From: Stegostoma tigrinum | Lineage: Eukaryota | NCBI RefSeq assembly: GCF_030684315.1 | Contig: NC_081370.1 | Location: 45,712,728-45,776,727, forward strand | Length of the DNA: 64,000 nucleotides | Direction: 5' to 3' | Shown here: one piece after another, positions 62,891 through 64,000 of the stretch | Position numbering within the stretch: position 1 is the stretch's first letter | Layout of the letters: every line of letters begins with the position of its first letter | Translations under genes and position numbers: made by a program | The notes under the pieces: generated by a model | The model's input: only the letters and a program-made list of their open reading frames with translations | The model's database searches: none | What the model was told of the DNA's origin: nothing

Positions 62891-64000
62891 TCTTTTAATG
62901 ATGGCACAGTCTTTGGACAGAAATCAGGTGTGAGAGACACTACTGGGGCAGGGTGGCCTTTTAATACAGCAAATTTGGAAAGATAGGGCAAGAAAACCGT
63001 CCAATAAGCTCATGCATCTTTGACTTAGCCAAAATACATAAGATTCAGTCCATTGTTGTAACGAGAAGGAATCATACATTCTGAAATTGATCTTGAGGTC
63101 TGATGGAGAGTTGTGATTGAAATGGTTCCATTCTTTTTTTGGCTGTAGTTGTACAGAGCAGATTTCCACATTTTAAAACAGCTTAATTCGCATTTGGCCT
63201 CCCTTAGCATTGGTCACTTGTATGGAAATGCACATATCAGAGTCAGGTTATAATCTATGAGGGGTACTTCTTGATGTTATGTTCTGCAACAGAAATATAG
63301 TTTGAGAATCATAGATTTGCACAGGAAGAGTGTTTTGATGTGTGAATGTGTTTGCCCACAATCCTGACCTTTGCACAATGAGTTTCAAAAGATACTTTTT
63401 GTCCAGGCAATACCAATTACCAAGGCATCTCATTGCTGAAAGCCTCAGTGTTAGATGATGGATTTTAATGTCCAGATAATTACTCTTTTTGGATTTTCTT
63501 TCAAGGCATGGTAGACAATTTCTGCCATGTTATTTAGACATTCCTTTGTAAATTCTTGTTGAGCTTGGCTACCCACAGATAAGATGACTTTGGCCACTTT
63601 AAAGTGCCGTAGCACATCTCTCTGTTCTCTGTTTTTGTTGAAAACAATATCCAAGGCTTTTAAATCAATGAGATTCAAAGATTTAATGGTTCTTTTTTTG
63701 TTATTCATTCATGAGATGAGGGCATTGCTGGCTAGGCTAGCATTTATTGTCCATCTTAGAGGGTAGTTAGGAATCGACCATGTTGTTGTGGCCTGGAGCC
63801 GCACCTGAGTTTATTGAGAGTGGACCAAACTGTGTGGTTGTGGGGACACAGCAATGATCTTTGGGACGACTGTCTGTACTGAAACAGTCTTGAATCTACC
63901 TGCATGTTATTCAAGACCAATATGTCCTTCCTTGGCACCCAAAACTACAATTGATACACCAGATAGGATTGGAGCATTATGATTGTTGAAGCTGCAGTGA

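Overview
Eukaryotic (vertebrate) genomic DNA, most likely from a cartilaginous fish: the repeats are HE1-type SINEs, CR1/HER1 LINEs and Penelope-like elements, consistent with a shark. The window holds the RAG2 half of the RAG locus. The single RAG2 coding exon is on the minus strand (CDS 9102->7543, about 519 aa, kelch core, acidic hinge and PHD finger). The overlapping, oppositely oriented NWC/IFTAP (C11orf74) gene is on the plus strand: CpG promoter near 12.0 kb with two divergent ZNF143 sites and an RFX X-box, and five coding exons at 28819-52358 giving about 194 aa. RAG1 is not in the window. Most other listed ORFs are decayed retroelement fragments. The most unusual structures are: (i) a 345/385-bp inverted repeat enclosing the whole RAG2 coding exon; (ii) a near-perfect 1.5-kb palindromic Penelope-like insertion with a 15-bp target-site duplication (TSD) and an intact minimal hammerhead-ribozyme core on each arm; (iii) many small hairpin inserts of the same terminus sharing one integration signature; (iv) candidate RAG2 lymphoid promoter and T-cell enhancer motif clusters. 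All alignments were done by eye, repeat boundaries are approximate, and mammalian comparisons are from memory.
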